Shown in pieces: positions 11,811 to 23,729 of a stretch of 64,000 bases of DNA (its first letter is position 1; every line of letters starts with the position of its first letter). Under the pieces are notes generated by a model. The model saw only the letters and a list, made by a program, of their open reading frames with translations. It was not told where the DNA came from and made no database searches. The stretch is taken from positions 43,970,464-44,034,463 of the forward strand of contig NC_043011.1 of assembly GCF_006345805.1 (NCBI RefSeq), written 5' to 3'. Both the position numbers and the translations under genes were made by a program. This DNA comes from Octopus sinensis. Lineage: Eukaryota.

Positions 11811-12547
11811 ATCAAAAAAATACAAAACTACAACGAAATTTCAGTTTTTGAAAATATTCAGGTGAAAATTTGAAAAAATTCAAATGGTTAAAAGAAATTT
11901 AACAAGCTACATTGGGACAATCGTAATGAGACAAACGGATTCCAAATGTGACTTCTCCGGTTAAAGTTGTATTCATAATCTGTTTTCTCCATCATCCTAA
12001 GTTTACTATGGTTTTATTGGTCAGTTTGTGCTAAAATGTGGCGGTTATTTTCAACCGGAATCAATCAACAACAATTTATTTTGCCCCTTCTTTCTATCAT
12101 CAACTTTATTTCTGAAAATACCCGTGAAAGGTATCAAAATAATAATAAAAGGAAGTCGGCTGGTTGCCCGATAGAACATAAACGGAAACATTTTTCAAGG
12201 GAAGCAACTCGTACTAACCACCGACAGTTATCTCCCTTTGAAATTGCATTTCTGAATTTATTGGCATTGATTTAGGATTAGCATTGGTCCTCTAGTCGTA
12301 CACAGGTACAAAATAGGGACAGATGCAACTTATTAAAGTTCCATGATAATGGACGGAGAGGGATGTACGAGGAGCGACTGAACTGTGTGATTTATCGCAT
12401 CTCTCACAGCGTAACGTCGGTAAAATAAACGCTGTCATCATTTCATTCACATTGAATGTGAAGAAATGGGTGGCCATAAGCCTTTACATTCCCCCCCCCC
12501 CATTTACCACCGACTATCACCTTTCCTTTCTCACTACTAAATTACAG

Positions 12548-12581
<34 letters not shown>

Positions 12582-12589
12582 TATTATTA

Positions 12590-12635
<46 letters not shown>

Positions 12636-12924
12636 TAGTTATATTTTTATCACGTGCTTTCGCTGCACTACCGAGCGCAGCTCTGTGTGCATTGGGTATG
12701 TGCTGTGGTTTGCTGTGATGCTCTTATGGTTACTGTATTCAAAGTGTTTTACGTACGATGTGTGCAGTGCCCAGTAGTGCAATTTTCTGTATGTTATATA
12801 TATTTGTAAGTCCTGGTGTTTTTATTATGTATTTGTCTGAATATTTCTAATCATACCTAATGCGCACACTATGATAGGAATTGTTTCTGTTTTTAGATTC
12901 CACATTCGTGTTACCTCTATTTCC

Positions 12925-12926
12925 AG

Positions 12927-12978
<52 letters not shown>

Positions 12979-13275
12979 TGAGTGAGCAGCCCATGTTTCC
13001 AAATGTGAATTATTCAAACCCCAAAGAAGTCCTTTCAGCCTATGGCTATGATGCTCTCCCACTACTTCTGCTCGTGATCAAAGATGCACATATCGTAAGC
13101 CATTAAGGGACATGCTCAACTGGATAGGGTCAAATAACTGACAAGCAAATCTGTAATATTGAGCGGAATATTTGCTGTAGAACATCTTTTATACCAAGAC
13201 AAAACAATGTACATGATAACACCTTCAATCAGTTAAGATCAAAAACCGTGAGAGCCACTGCTTGGTACTGCATCC
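12925..13275 (-). mobile_element. (TAA)n-tailed retroposon 3' region, internally deleted
   Basis: Reverse complement of the longer copy at 38465-39000; ends in (TAA)n. Confidence 0.7.
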
Positions 13276-13529
13276 GAGCTATTATTATTATTATTATCAT
13301 CATCATCATCAAGGCGGAGAACTGGTAGAATCGTTAGCACACCGAACGAAATGATTAGCGGTATTTCGTCTGCCGCTACGCTCCGAGTTCAAAAATCCGC
13401 CGGATGAAAATCAATTTTGCATTTCATCCTTTCGCGATCGATTAAATAAGTACTAGTTACGCACCGGGGTCGATGTAATCGACTTAATCCCTTCCCCCAA
13501 ATTTGAGGCCTTGTACTTCCAGTAGAAAG

Positions 13530-13530
13530 G

Positions 13531-13586
<56 letters not shown>

Positions 13587-13623
13587 CATCATTATAATTA
13601 TTATTATTATTATCATCATTATA

Positions 13624-13705
<82 letters not shown>
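13530..13705. repeat. Compound (ATT)n/(ATC)n/(AGT)n trinucleotide microsatellite
   Basis: Direct reading. Confidence 0.95.
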
Positions 13706-13914
13706 TAGTTTCAAATTTTGACACAATGCTGGCAGTTTCGAGTGAGGAGCAAAGTCAATTACATCGCCTCCATTGTTCAACTGGTACCTATTTTATCGAG
13801 CTCAAATTGATGAAAGGCTAAGTCGACCTCGACTCAGAACGTAAAGACGGATAAAATGCCGCTAAGCAGACAGACATACAGATAGATAGATACATGGATA
13901 TTGGCATGTATATG

Positions 13915-13946
<32 letters not shown>

Positions 13947-14009
13947 TGTATGTATGCATGTATGCATGCATGTATGTATGTATGTATGTATGTATGTATG
14001 TATGTATGA

Positions 14010-14375
14010 ATACTCTTTACTCTTTAACTCGTTTCAGTCATGTGACTGTGGCCATGCTGGAGCATCGCCTTTAGTCGAGCAAATCGACCCCAGGACTTAT
14101 TCTTTGTAAGCCTAGTACTTATTCTATCGGTCTCTTTTGCCGAACCGCTAAGTTACGGGGATGTAAACACACCAGCATCAGTTGTCAAGTGACGTTGGAG
14201 GGGGGACAAACACAGACACACATACATATTTATATATATACATATATACGACGGGCTTCTTTCAGTTTCCGTCTACCAAATCCACTCACAAGGCTTTGGT
14301 CGGCCCGCTGCTATAGTAGAAGACACTTTCCTACGGTGCCACGCAGTGGGACTGAACCCGGAACCATGTGGCTTT
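14010..14375 (-). mobile_element. tRNA-derived SINE with central (TA)/(TG) tract (other copies ~21144-21552 +, 26455-26590 +, 42955-43340 -, 43380-43517 -, 44300-44660 -, 51735-52110 -, 53430-53850 -, 55500-55660 -, 57528-57970 +)
   Basis: Shared head gtggctgtgtggtaagtagcttgc...ccgggttcagtcccactgcgtggcaccttgggcaagtgtcttc and tail ggcggtgctccagcatggcc.cagtcaaatgactgaaacaagtaaaagag. Confidence 0.9.
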
Positions 14376-15289
14376 TATGTATACAATTTACATAAAAGGA
14401 AAAGAAAATGCAATATTTTCAGAAGAGAATGAACTAAAATACAATATTCCATCCAAAAATTAAAGTATTAAAAAAAAAAATTAAATATCAACTAGATTAT
14501 GGCCGGGAGATATCAGATTACTCAAAGTACCCGCTCTCAGTTTGCACAACGATAGCTGAAGGTGGTGCCGGAACCTGGCGCGCGCGTCCCTGAGATCTTC
14601 GAAAATCTCCTTGATTTTGACCTCCGACTTTCGGCCTTGGTGTTCCATGCAGAACGGTTGGTGTCTTTCTCAACCGCCCCACACATACTTAATACATGGG
14701 ATTATACTCGAAGGAACTAGGAGACCAGAAATTGGGACTGGTGAAGTCGTTGAAATTCTCTGACAACTGCTTCTGACTCCTTCCAGAGGTATGGCAAGGA
14801 ACCGAATCCCGCGGTCACTCATATGGCCTTTCTAGCAGCAACCATTGTCTCCAGCCATGGTTTGACCGTTGTCTCCAGCAGCTTCAGTTAGCCATCTGAA
14901 CTGAGGCTTAGGCCCTGGTCAAAGATAAGTGGGGAGGCAGCATAATGACACCCTCACTAGAGACACACTCAAAAACCACAATTTGGAGACCTTGGTTTTC
15001 ATGATACGTGGGACATCACACGTAGGCAAGCCACCTCTTGTTCTGGGTGTTTTGCAACTGGTGCTGAGATAAGTTCTTTTCACCTGAGTAGAACCAGGCT
15101 CAACAGGTTGCTTCAGCTTGATCAGGAGTTTCCTTACCATCGTCAAGCGGTTATCAGAGTTTGGCCGTCAGAGTTTGTCGCTTGCGCTTCTTGTATGAGT
15201 CGTAGCGAAGTTCTTCATTCAGGGTTAGCTAGCCATCTCTCTCTCCAAAACCCAGATTCCTTTGCTCGGATCTGCCACCACCTTGTCCT

Positions 15290-15720
15290 GCAGTTGTTGC
15301 ATCTGCTGTCAGGTTCGGTAAGAGTACAGCTGTCGTCTGAGTCAATCGTAAAAATTGACCCGCCGGATTTCCTCACGAAAGAAGGTAAGCAATGTTTTCT
15401 CGCAGTAGTAGCAATGGTGAAAGATGTGGTATGGAAGTCGCGAATGAAAGTTTTGGTGACAGGCAACCTCATCTCCGGTCTCGGGTTGGTGAGATTTTTT
15501 TATCTTCCACCTTAAAAGGAAGGTGAGGCTGGAGAGAAGATGCCTGTCAAAGAAAATGTTCAAAGAAAGATGGTTGCATGTTGCGAGGGTGCTGGGAATG
15601 AAAGATCCCTCGTGAACATGTCATAAGTCTGCATACAAAGGTTCCAGTAGGAGAATGGGGCTCGTGGGGTCGGAGCGTAAGCCATCTCTCTGCTTCATTT
15701 CATGTTTGTATTTTGCCCTT
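15290..15720 (+). mobile_element. Tx1/L1-clade LINE 3' end
   Basis: VQLSSESIVKIDPP...FLAVVAMVKDVVWKSRMKVL...FHLKRKVRLERRCLS resembles Tx1 ORF2 C-termini; homologous to the minus-strand fragment at 39720-40260. Confidence 0.65.
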
Positions 15721-15859
15721 GTTGTATCTCATTCGATTTCATTCGATTTCCTTATATTTTGTAAAATTTTTAAAGTCATATAATCATTGTGTGTCTGACC
15801 CCAATCAGTCTGTATTGTCCCCCTTCTATGTTTGGGGCCTTGTGGCTGATAAAGAAACA

Positions 15860-16220
15860 GGATGAACACCGGAGTGCGGACGCAGCCAGAAAATTTGCTG
15901 TGTCCTTTCTGTTGACCACAGCTTCACAGCTGTCCTCCGCAGATGTCCATGTCACGTCTTACGCCCCTTAAAATGTTCACAAAGCATTGAGCAGCGGTCA
16001 AAATGTCAGCATTTCGATACCTGATGCGAATCATCACGGTGCAGGTAACTCTTTTCCAATATTCAGATGGCTTCCTGTCCTCCATGTAAACTAAGTTTTT
16101 TTTCCAGTTACAATTTAATCTTTTTTGCTCTCCAGCACCGTTGATTGTTCACCATATATATCAAGACCTTCCTGATAAAAAGGGACATGAAAATTACCAA
16201 ATTTAGCCCGAACACCAAGT
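15860..16220 (-). mobile_element. Tc1/mariner-superfamily transposon 5' fragment
   Basis: ATG at 16085: MEDRKPSEYWKRVTCTVMIRIRYRNADILTAAQC...HSKFSGCVRTP resembles the N-terminal DNA-binding region of DD37D-like transposases (from memory); contains an in-frame stop. Confidence 0.55.
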
Positions 16221-16575
16221 ATATGTATTATGTATGTATGTATGTATGTATGTATGTATGTATGTGGACATGTATGTGTGTATGTGTTCATGTGCGTATG
16301 TATGTATGTATGTATGTATGTATGTATGTATGTATGTATGTGCGTATGTATGTATGTATGTATGTATGTATGTATGTATGTATGTATGTATGTGCGTATG
16401 TATGCATGTATGTATGTATGCATGTATGTATGTATGTATGTATGTGTGCAAGTATGTGGGCATGTATGTATGTATGTGTGCATATGCGCATGCATGAATG
16501 TACGTATGTATGTGTGTGTGCATGTATGTACGCATATATATATGTACATAAACACACGCAATCGCAAATGTGTGT

Positions 16576-16607
<32 letters not shown>

Positions 16608-16625
16608 ATGCGTGCGTGCGTGTGA
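16221..16625. repeat. (TATG)n/(TG)n microsatellite
   Basis: Direct reading. Confidence 0.95.
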
Positions 16626-17159
16626 TCATTCAATAGAACGAAACAGTGAAAGAGATAGACAGAAGAGAGATACTGAATGAATATCCTGCGTTGCGTTAGG
16701 AAAGCGTTTACGTATTTGAATAATACAGTTTGAAAACGTCTGCATAAAATATTTCACATTTTTTCATTGACATCAACACATTACATCTACACGGAGCATC
16801 GACAGGAAACGTACGGAAAATATAAAGAGAAAAAGTTATATTACAGAAAACATGTATAGAAAACATATAGAAAACATGTTGTAAAACACCTAAAGAAATC
16901 GCTTCTTGTGAACTTTTACAGAAAACAACCTAAGTAAACTTTTATATCAAGTGTCTATTGTAAACATCTATAGTAAACTTAGAGAAAAAATATTTGAGCG
17001 TGATTTGAGGGAGGTTTGGTTGCTATACTTAGCATTTCTGGTGTCTATTCAAAGTTTCCCTCGTTAGTTTTTTTTTTTACTGATTATCTTTTAAGTGTAC
17101 ATGACTTTGGTGATCAGGTAAATCTCCTCACGGTCCCAGGGAAGGATAAAAGTTACAAA

Positions 17160-18371
17160 ATGAAGAAGTTACCTTCAAATATTAGAACAATTTTCCCAGC
17201 ATTGGCCTCTAATCTCAATGATATAGACATTGGAGAAGCAGGCCATGAAGATATACAGACACTGAAATCGAAAAGAAAGCGTATGTGGCTTATCGGAGCT
17301 CTCAGTTTCATGGCAATGGAAGATCTCACTGAAAAAGTAAAAGAAACGGAAAAGCGGAACCGGCTTTTGTCCACTGAAACCACCATGTTTGAGAAATATC
17401 TGGAAGACAAGTTGCATGCCAGTGGTAGTGGTGCTAGCGATGATTCAAGTTCTGTTTTTGGTTCGCAGACAGTAGCAAAATCTCAACCAACATCACCGGC
17501 ACCATTTACCCAAGGTATTATCGGTGTAGCTAGGAAAGTGAGCACTTTGACCACAGAGCAGAAACTACTGGTTGCTCGATATTACATCATGGCTTTGAAA
17601 GAAGAATTAAAATTGTCGAAAAGAACATCACAGCATTTTATCGCTTTGAACCTTGCTTTGATTGAAAACTACAATGAGACTTTAGCTGAAATTCCGTTAG
17701 AGAGACGAGAACTGGAAATGGAATTCGGTAGTTTGGTTAAACAGAATGGCAAAATTTCTTTTCTGCGTAAATGGCAAAAATACGTCGCCACGAAGGATAC
17801 AAAGCGAGAAAGTTTAATTTGCTTAATAAAACTACGAAATATTAGTCTTGTAAATAAAATTAAAAAACAAATAATGATTAAAAAATATCGAGACGAAGTC
17901 GATCCTATTGAATTTTATAGCAAATGGACGGAAAAAAAGACACTTATTGAAGAAATTCATAGTCTTAACAAACAAAAGTCCCGTCTAAGAAGAGCTCTTG
18001 TACCCATTGAAAGATACACTTACGAAAAAAAGCAAGAGCTAGAAAAGGACGTGAAGCAAGGTGAAGAATTTCGTCAGAAAATTCTGCGAGAAAGCCACAG
18101 TTTGGCCTACCTATTAAACAAACAGCGAAATGATGAAATTGGAGAGACATTTGAAAAGGCTAAAAACGAAAGATTGAGAGAGCTTTTTGAGAACTACCGA
18201 GTACCATCCATCTTGGAATACATTGTTTTAGTAAAAGACAATAAAGAATGGAGAGAACTTATTGAGAAATGGAAACAGAAGGTGAGAGTGGCAGAAATGG
18301 TGTACAAAGGCAACGTGAAAAAGTGGAATAGCATTGTTCTGGATGATAGGAAATATAAGCTTAAAATATAA
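17160..18371 (+). CDS. CCDC113: Intronless CCDC113/CFAP263-like (DUF4201) coiled-coil protein, 403 aa from the first ATG; probable retrogene
   Basis: Uninterrupted frame. Collinear motifs match my recollection of human CCDC113: LSTETTMFEKY (LKTETEMFEKY), LTTEQKLLVA (LTADQKLELV), IKLRNISL (LRLKNVSL), YRVPSILEYI (FRAPQVMTYV), WKQKVRVAEMVYKGNVKKWN (WERKVEIAEMSLKGHRKAWN). Alternative starts at 17310/17316; the track's 17016 start is a TTG. Confidence 0.85.
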   Translation: MKKLPSNIRTIFPALASNLNDIDIGEAGHEDIQTLKSKRKRMWLIGALSFMAMEDLTEKVKETEKRNRLLSTETTMFEKYLEDKLHASGSGASDDSSSVFGSQTVAKSQPTSPAPFTQGIIGVARKVSTLTTEQKLLVARYYIMALKEELKLSKRTSQHFIALNLALIENYNETLAEIPLERRELEMEFGSLVKQNGKISFLRKWQKYVATKDTKRESLICLIKLRNISLVNKIKKQIMIKKYRDEVDPIEFYSKWTEKKTLIEEIHSLNKQKSRLRRALVPIERYTYEKKQELEKDVKQGEEFRQKILRESHSLAYLLNKQRNDEIGETFEKAKNERLRELFENYRVPSILEYIVLVKDNKEWRELIEKWKQKVRVAEMVYKGNVKKWNSIVLDDRKYKLKI

Positions 18372-18788
18372 TATCAATTCTTATTGAAGTTTTTTAATAT
18401 TTTCCTTGTGTTTTAATCGTCGTCGTCATCATCGCTTTTGTAGTTTTTTTTAAATTCCCTGGCCATCCTTAATCCAGCAAGCTTGTTAGTAAGTGTTACA
18501 ACCGTGACAGCCATGTCTAATTTTCTTTTCAATATATAGACTAACTAAATTATCCATTGTTACGAATGGGTTGCGGCTGCTATGTCTAACAATTCAGATG
18601 ACCTCATTAAGACTCCCCCTCTGTGGCATTCCTTTGCCGTTTGTCTTTTAAATGTAGATAGTTTCCGTTGTCTTGGAGAAAGTCATTCACAGCACCAGGT
18701 TAGGGGTTCATATATAGTTAGTAGTTATTCCACTCCGAAGGTGTTTGGATGAGAATTTGTAAACAGCTGAGAGACGGGTCTGCAATAA

Positions 18789-19409
18789 GGGACTGTATCA
18801 CGTGGACCTAACGGACTGTATCACGTGGACCTAAGGGACTGTATCACGTGGACCTAAGGGACTGTATCACCTGAACCTAAGGGACTGTATCACGTGGACC
18901 TAAGGGACTGTATCACGTGGACCTAAGGGACTGTATCACCTGAACCTAAGGGACTGTATCACGTGGACCTAAGGGACTGTATCACCTGAACCTAAGGGAC
19001 TGTATCACCTGAACCTAAGGGACTGTATCACGTGGACCTAAGGGACTGTATCACGTGGACCTAAGGGACTGTATCACGTGGACCTAAGGGACTGTATCAC
19101 GTGGACCTAAGGGACTATATCACCTGAACCTAAGGGACTGTATCACGTGAACCTAAGAGACTGTATCACGTGGACCTAAGGGACTGTATCACGTGGACCT
19201 AAGGGACTGTATCACCTGGACCTAAGGGACTGTATCACCTGAACCTAAGGGACTGTATCACGTGGACCTAAGGGACTGTATCACCTGAACCTAAGGGACT
19301 GTATCACCTGAACCTAAGGGACTGTATCACGTGGACCTAAGGGACTGTATCACGTGGACCTAAGGGACTGTATCACCTGAACCTAAGGGACTGTATCACG
19401 TGGACCTAA
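18789..19409. repeat. Minisatellite, 27 x 23 bp (gggactgtatcacgtggacctaa / gggactgtatcacctgaacctaa)
   Basis: Units counted directly; exact 23-bp period, with a degenerate 28th unit from 19410. Confidence 0.97.
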
Positions 19410-21307
19410 GGGACTATATAACGTTGACGTATCACATGGGCCCTAATAATCTTTTGAACACTACATCCCCTCAACTTACCTTGATGTTCGAAATTGGTAA
19501 GGAATCATCTGGCAATGTCAAGACTTAGACCAGAGTCCATCGAATGGATCAGTCCCGTTTTGTCCTTTCGATTTGTGTTTTGATTTTGATTACCAGGTGA
19601 ATGTGAGAATGTAACGGCTGGTGGAGCTTGGATGGCGATGGGGAAGCGGGAGGGTGGGGGAGAATATACTCTCGAATCACACAAAAAAAAATTAGCTTCG
19701 CAATCGTCAACTGTTAGATTTGATCTCACTATCAGCGAGTACCTGTTCAAGTTACGTGGGATTGACTTTTTTGAACAATTCAGTACTTACTACCCGGAAT
19801 GGTAGTACTTGTTAGGGTCGCATCTATGGATTAAATAGATTTTTACATGGGTAGATTGAGCCCCTTAGCTGCGAGGAAAGTCCCAAAATTAATATCCCCT
19901 TGCTCTGCGCCGACACGGAAGAGTATGGCCGATGAAACCCGTATGGCATATGTCCAATAACAGAGGCTCGTTCTGTGGAGGGAACTATCTCATGTTAGAG
20001 TTCATTCTACAGCAGGAAGATATGCGATGAGAGATGTGATTATCAGTGATTTATTGTTGTGTTCAATCTTACATGATCTATAACAAGGTAGGGGACAGCT
20101 GAGCAGTCCCTTTAAGAAATTTCTCCTTCTGTAGGTTCACTTCAACCCAAGCCAGATGAAACATGAGAACCTGCTTAAAAGTCTCGACCCCTGCTATTAT
20201 GTCACACAAAGTATCGATGAATATTAAGTTAAAGATGCCACTGGATATGTGAGGGATCGTGGCCTAGTGGTTAGGGGTGTTGCACTCAGGATCGCGAGAT
20301 CGAGGTTTCGATTCCCGAACCGGACAGTAGTTTGTGTTCTTGAACAAAACGCTTCATTTCACATTGCTCTGCAATCACTTCGACACCTGACGTGTGGCAC
20401 ACCGTGCACCTGTTCAGGTAACGTCGATCTGATGGAGGAAGTGAACTAATGTACTGCACCTACATTTGGTCACGAATTTTTTGCGCAGGTTCTTCTCCGA
20501 CTACCACAGACTACCATGAAGAAGAAAAAGAAGACGACTAATGTATTATGGAATACTCGGCCACAATGATTCCACAACGTGAGACAGACACTGTGCGAAA
20601 ACTGTTCCCGTACTCTCTCCCTGTAACTCAAAGAACTGACTCTGTTCCTGTATCCTTTCGATTTTGGCTGAGTACGACGTTAAGCGTAGAAATGTCTGTG
20701 AATAACATAGAGGATAGATTGCACCAGTAATTATACCGGGTCTGACTGAATATTTCGGTAAGTTTACAAATGCCTGTGGAAAACTCAGTTGAAAGAATAT
20801 GAGGTGGACTGCAAAGGACCAATCTTCGCAACAGACTGTAATGGTGAAACGGATTTGTCCAAACAGTTTTCTTCTCGTTGCCAACAAATGTACGCGTTTC
20901 TACGTTAAGTGAATCTCTCACCATTATTTTAACAAGATCAGACGACGAACAAAGCAGAATCGTTACCGCGAAATACCTAGCAGTTCAAATTCGCTGAGGT
21001 TGGCTTTGGTTTTTTCATCCTTTCGGGGTCGATGAAATAAATACTAGTAGATCACTGGGTGGGGTGGGGTGGTATTATATCGACTATCCACCTCCCTCCC
21101 ATCAAATTTCACGTTTAAAAAAAAAAAAATTATTTGCCTTTATAGGCGCGGGAGTGGCTGTGTGGTAAGTAGCTTGCTAACCAACCACATGGTTCCGGGT
21201 TCAGTCCCACTGCGTGGCATTTTGGGCAAGTGTCTTCTGCTATAGCCCCGGGCCGACCAATGCCTTGTGAGTGGATTTGGTAGACGGAAACTGAAAGAAG
21301 CCTGTCG

Positions 21308-21342
<35 letters not shown>

Positions 21343-21974
21343 CTGTGTCTGTGTTTGTCCCCCTAGCATTGCTTGACAACCGATGCTGATGTGTTTACGT
21401 CCCCGTCACTTAGCGGTTCGGCAAAAAGTGACCGATAGAATAAGTACTGGGCTTACAAAGAATAAGTCCCGGGGTCGATTTGCTCGACTAAAGGCGGTGC
21501 TCCAGCATGGCCGCAGTCAAATGACTGAAACAAGTAAAAGAGTAAAAGAGAGAGTAACAAAAAGGATTATTTCAGCGAGGACGGAGCAATGAGCTTCAAA
21601 CTTGTTAGATCGTAGGACAAAATGCCGTGTTTATTTCTTACAGATGTTTACGTTCTGGCTTCAAATTTTGCTGACATCATCATTAATCTTTTCGGTGTCT
21701 GATCAAATATAGTACTAATAAAATACTGAGGTCGATGCTATTCTATTGACTAATTCGGCTCCTCAAAATTGCTGGCATTGTGCCTAGATAAATAATTTTA
21801 AAAAACGCTTTTAATTCAGTATTAAACTGTTATTAATTCAATGAAGTTTCACCGGTGAAGTCATAATAAGCAGGAGTTGCCTCCCTTGCATGACTAAAAC
21901 CGCGGGTTTGTCGTAAAACCTATTTTTGTACTGACATTCTTAATACCTTTTCTCAATTTCTTTAATTTCTTACT

Positions 21975-22312
21975 TAACTAGTTTCAGCTCGAGAGCTGCG
22001 GCCATGATAGGGCACCACCGTTAGCCTTGCCACATTTTCATTACTTGAAACCTCCTCTGATAATGTGGCATTTAATGAATGAGGGAGTTTGATGTTGCTA
22101 CCCTCTTCCGCATTTCTTGCCGCGAGGTAGGTTCATCCGGAACTCTCGACAAGAAGAGATCCAGTTTTGTTTTGAAGACGCCTACATCCATCACACGTAG
22201 GTCTCTCAAGCCTTGTGGAAGGATGTTGAAGAGCTGTGAGCCTTTGAAATCCAAGCTGTAGCAGTATCTATTCCTGTATCCTGATAGCAATGTTAGGATT
22301 TTTGGCACCATG
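21975..22312 (-). mobile_element. CR1-clade LINE 3' fragment (same family as 3207-4535)
   Basis: RYCYSLDFKGSQLFNILP..LRDL...DVGVFKTKLDLFLSRVPDEPTSRQE is collinear with 4230-4420. Confidence 0.9.
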
Positions 22313-23149
22313 AAGTGGAGCCCCGTATTTAATACTCCATATATTGAACAGAAAAATTTTATTTATATAGCAATTTCAATTCTCCATACATTATATACCA
22401 GTCCGACATCGATTTTCTGAAATTTTTGGCTTCAAATCCTTTCTGGATTTGCTGATTTTTCGGAACCATAAGTGGTCGCCTCTAAATTAAACAAATATTG
22501 GTTTCAAATTTTAGTACTAGGCCAGCAATTTCGGGTGAGTGGGTAAGTCGATTACATAGATTCAGTGTTTAACAGGTACTTATTTCATCGACCCCAAAAG
22601 GAATGAAAGAAGTCGACCTCTGCAGAATTTGAACTCAGAGCATAAAGATAGACAAAACGCTGTTGTGAGTTTTGCTTGACGCGCTAACGATTCTGCTAGT
22701 TCACTGCTTTAATTTAAATATCAAATTAACTTTAATTAAAGGAAATACAGATATCTATATATTAGTGTAAGTGATATAAATGTATTAATACTGTTCTGTG
22801 CTAGGTACTAATCGGTGTAAAGTACCAGTAAACTAGTCTGGCTTGTAAATTATGCTGTGTGGCGACTGATATGCCAAAGAATTAACCTAACGTTTCTTCT
22901 GCATGTCATAAAAAGCGATTAAAAGAGGTTTAGGTTGAAAATACTCAACTTCATCGTAAATTCCTCACCGGTAATAACTATCCAAACAAACCCATGGCAT
23001 TAAATATGACGATATTAATGAATTTTAGCTGTCTTAATCCTCCATGCATTAAACATGTTAATCGTAACTTATTTTGTCCCCACTTTTTTTTTTTTCTTTT
23101 CGTAATTCTTTCATATATTAAACGTGTGTTCGAAACAACATCGTTCTCC

Positions 23150-23610
23150 ACTTGGCCTTCTTCACAATCCCACACAGGTCGGATTACGGATGATCCCAAA
23201 GTGTGTGCAAAACTTATTGCCGAATGCGATACTGACACTCTACTGCTGAAAACTCAAATGAACCATCTTTAACCGCTACTGATCCAAATTCCATAACATG
23301 GTGAATTTACTTTTGAAATGCTGCGACACCATCTCAAGCGTATACACAACTAAACCTCCACTAGACTTATTAGTATTATTTACCTGCTTCTCAAACATGG
23401 CAAGTTCCTTCTACTAAGCCAGTTCTTGCTCCTTTTCGAGTTCTGCTTTGACAAATATATTAGCTTAGAACAGTGCAAAAATTGCCAGCGTTATTCCCCT
23501 GTTTAAAAAGGATGACCTCACATCACCAGTCAGTCTCATTTGCTGTATCGCCAAACTGATGGACTCTTGTGTCAGAGAGACATCCTGGAACATTTGGATC
23601 ACTCGTAACC
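23150..23610 (+). mobile_element. Degraded CR1-like RT N-terminal fragment
   Basis: KIASVIPLFKKDD...PVSLICCIAKLMDSCVR (RT domain 0-1 like). Confidence 0.7.
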
Positions 23611-23729
23611 TTTATTTGAGTCTTTAATTTGTATTTATCTCTAACTCTAAATCTGCTGCCAGCTTATCAAGTTTCTTGAAAGCTTCACCCGAATCATAAA
23701 TGGTGACTCTCGGGAGGGCATTAGTGCCG

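Noticed and set aside
12351-12372. miR-184-like seed (tggacggaga)
   Set aside because: Only 10 nt match, and no complementary precursor arm is visible.
17016-17159. 48-aa N-terminal extension of the CCDC113-like ORF in the ORF track
   Set aside because: It begins at TTG and shows no similarity I recognise; the first ATG is at 17160.
18789-19409. CRISPR-like array
   Set aside because: Units are contiguous with no unique spacers, there are no cas genes, and the context is eukaryotic; it is a minisatellite.
19875-19884. Exact NF-kB site GGGACTTTCC on the minus strand
   Set aside because: A single 10-mer is plausible by chance in 64 kb; there is no supporting cluster.
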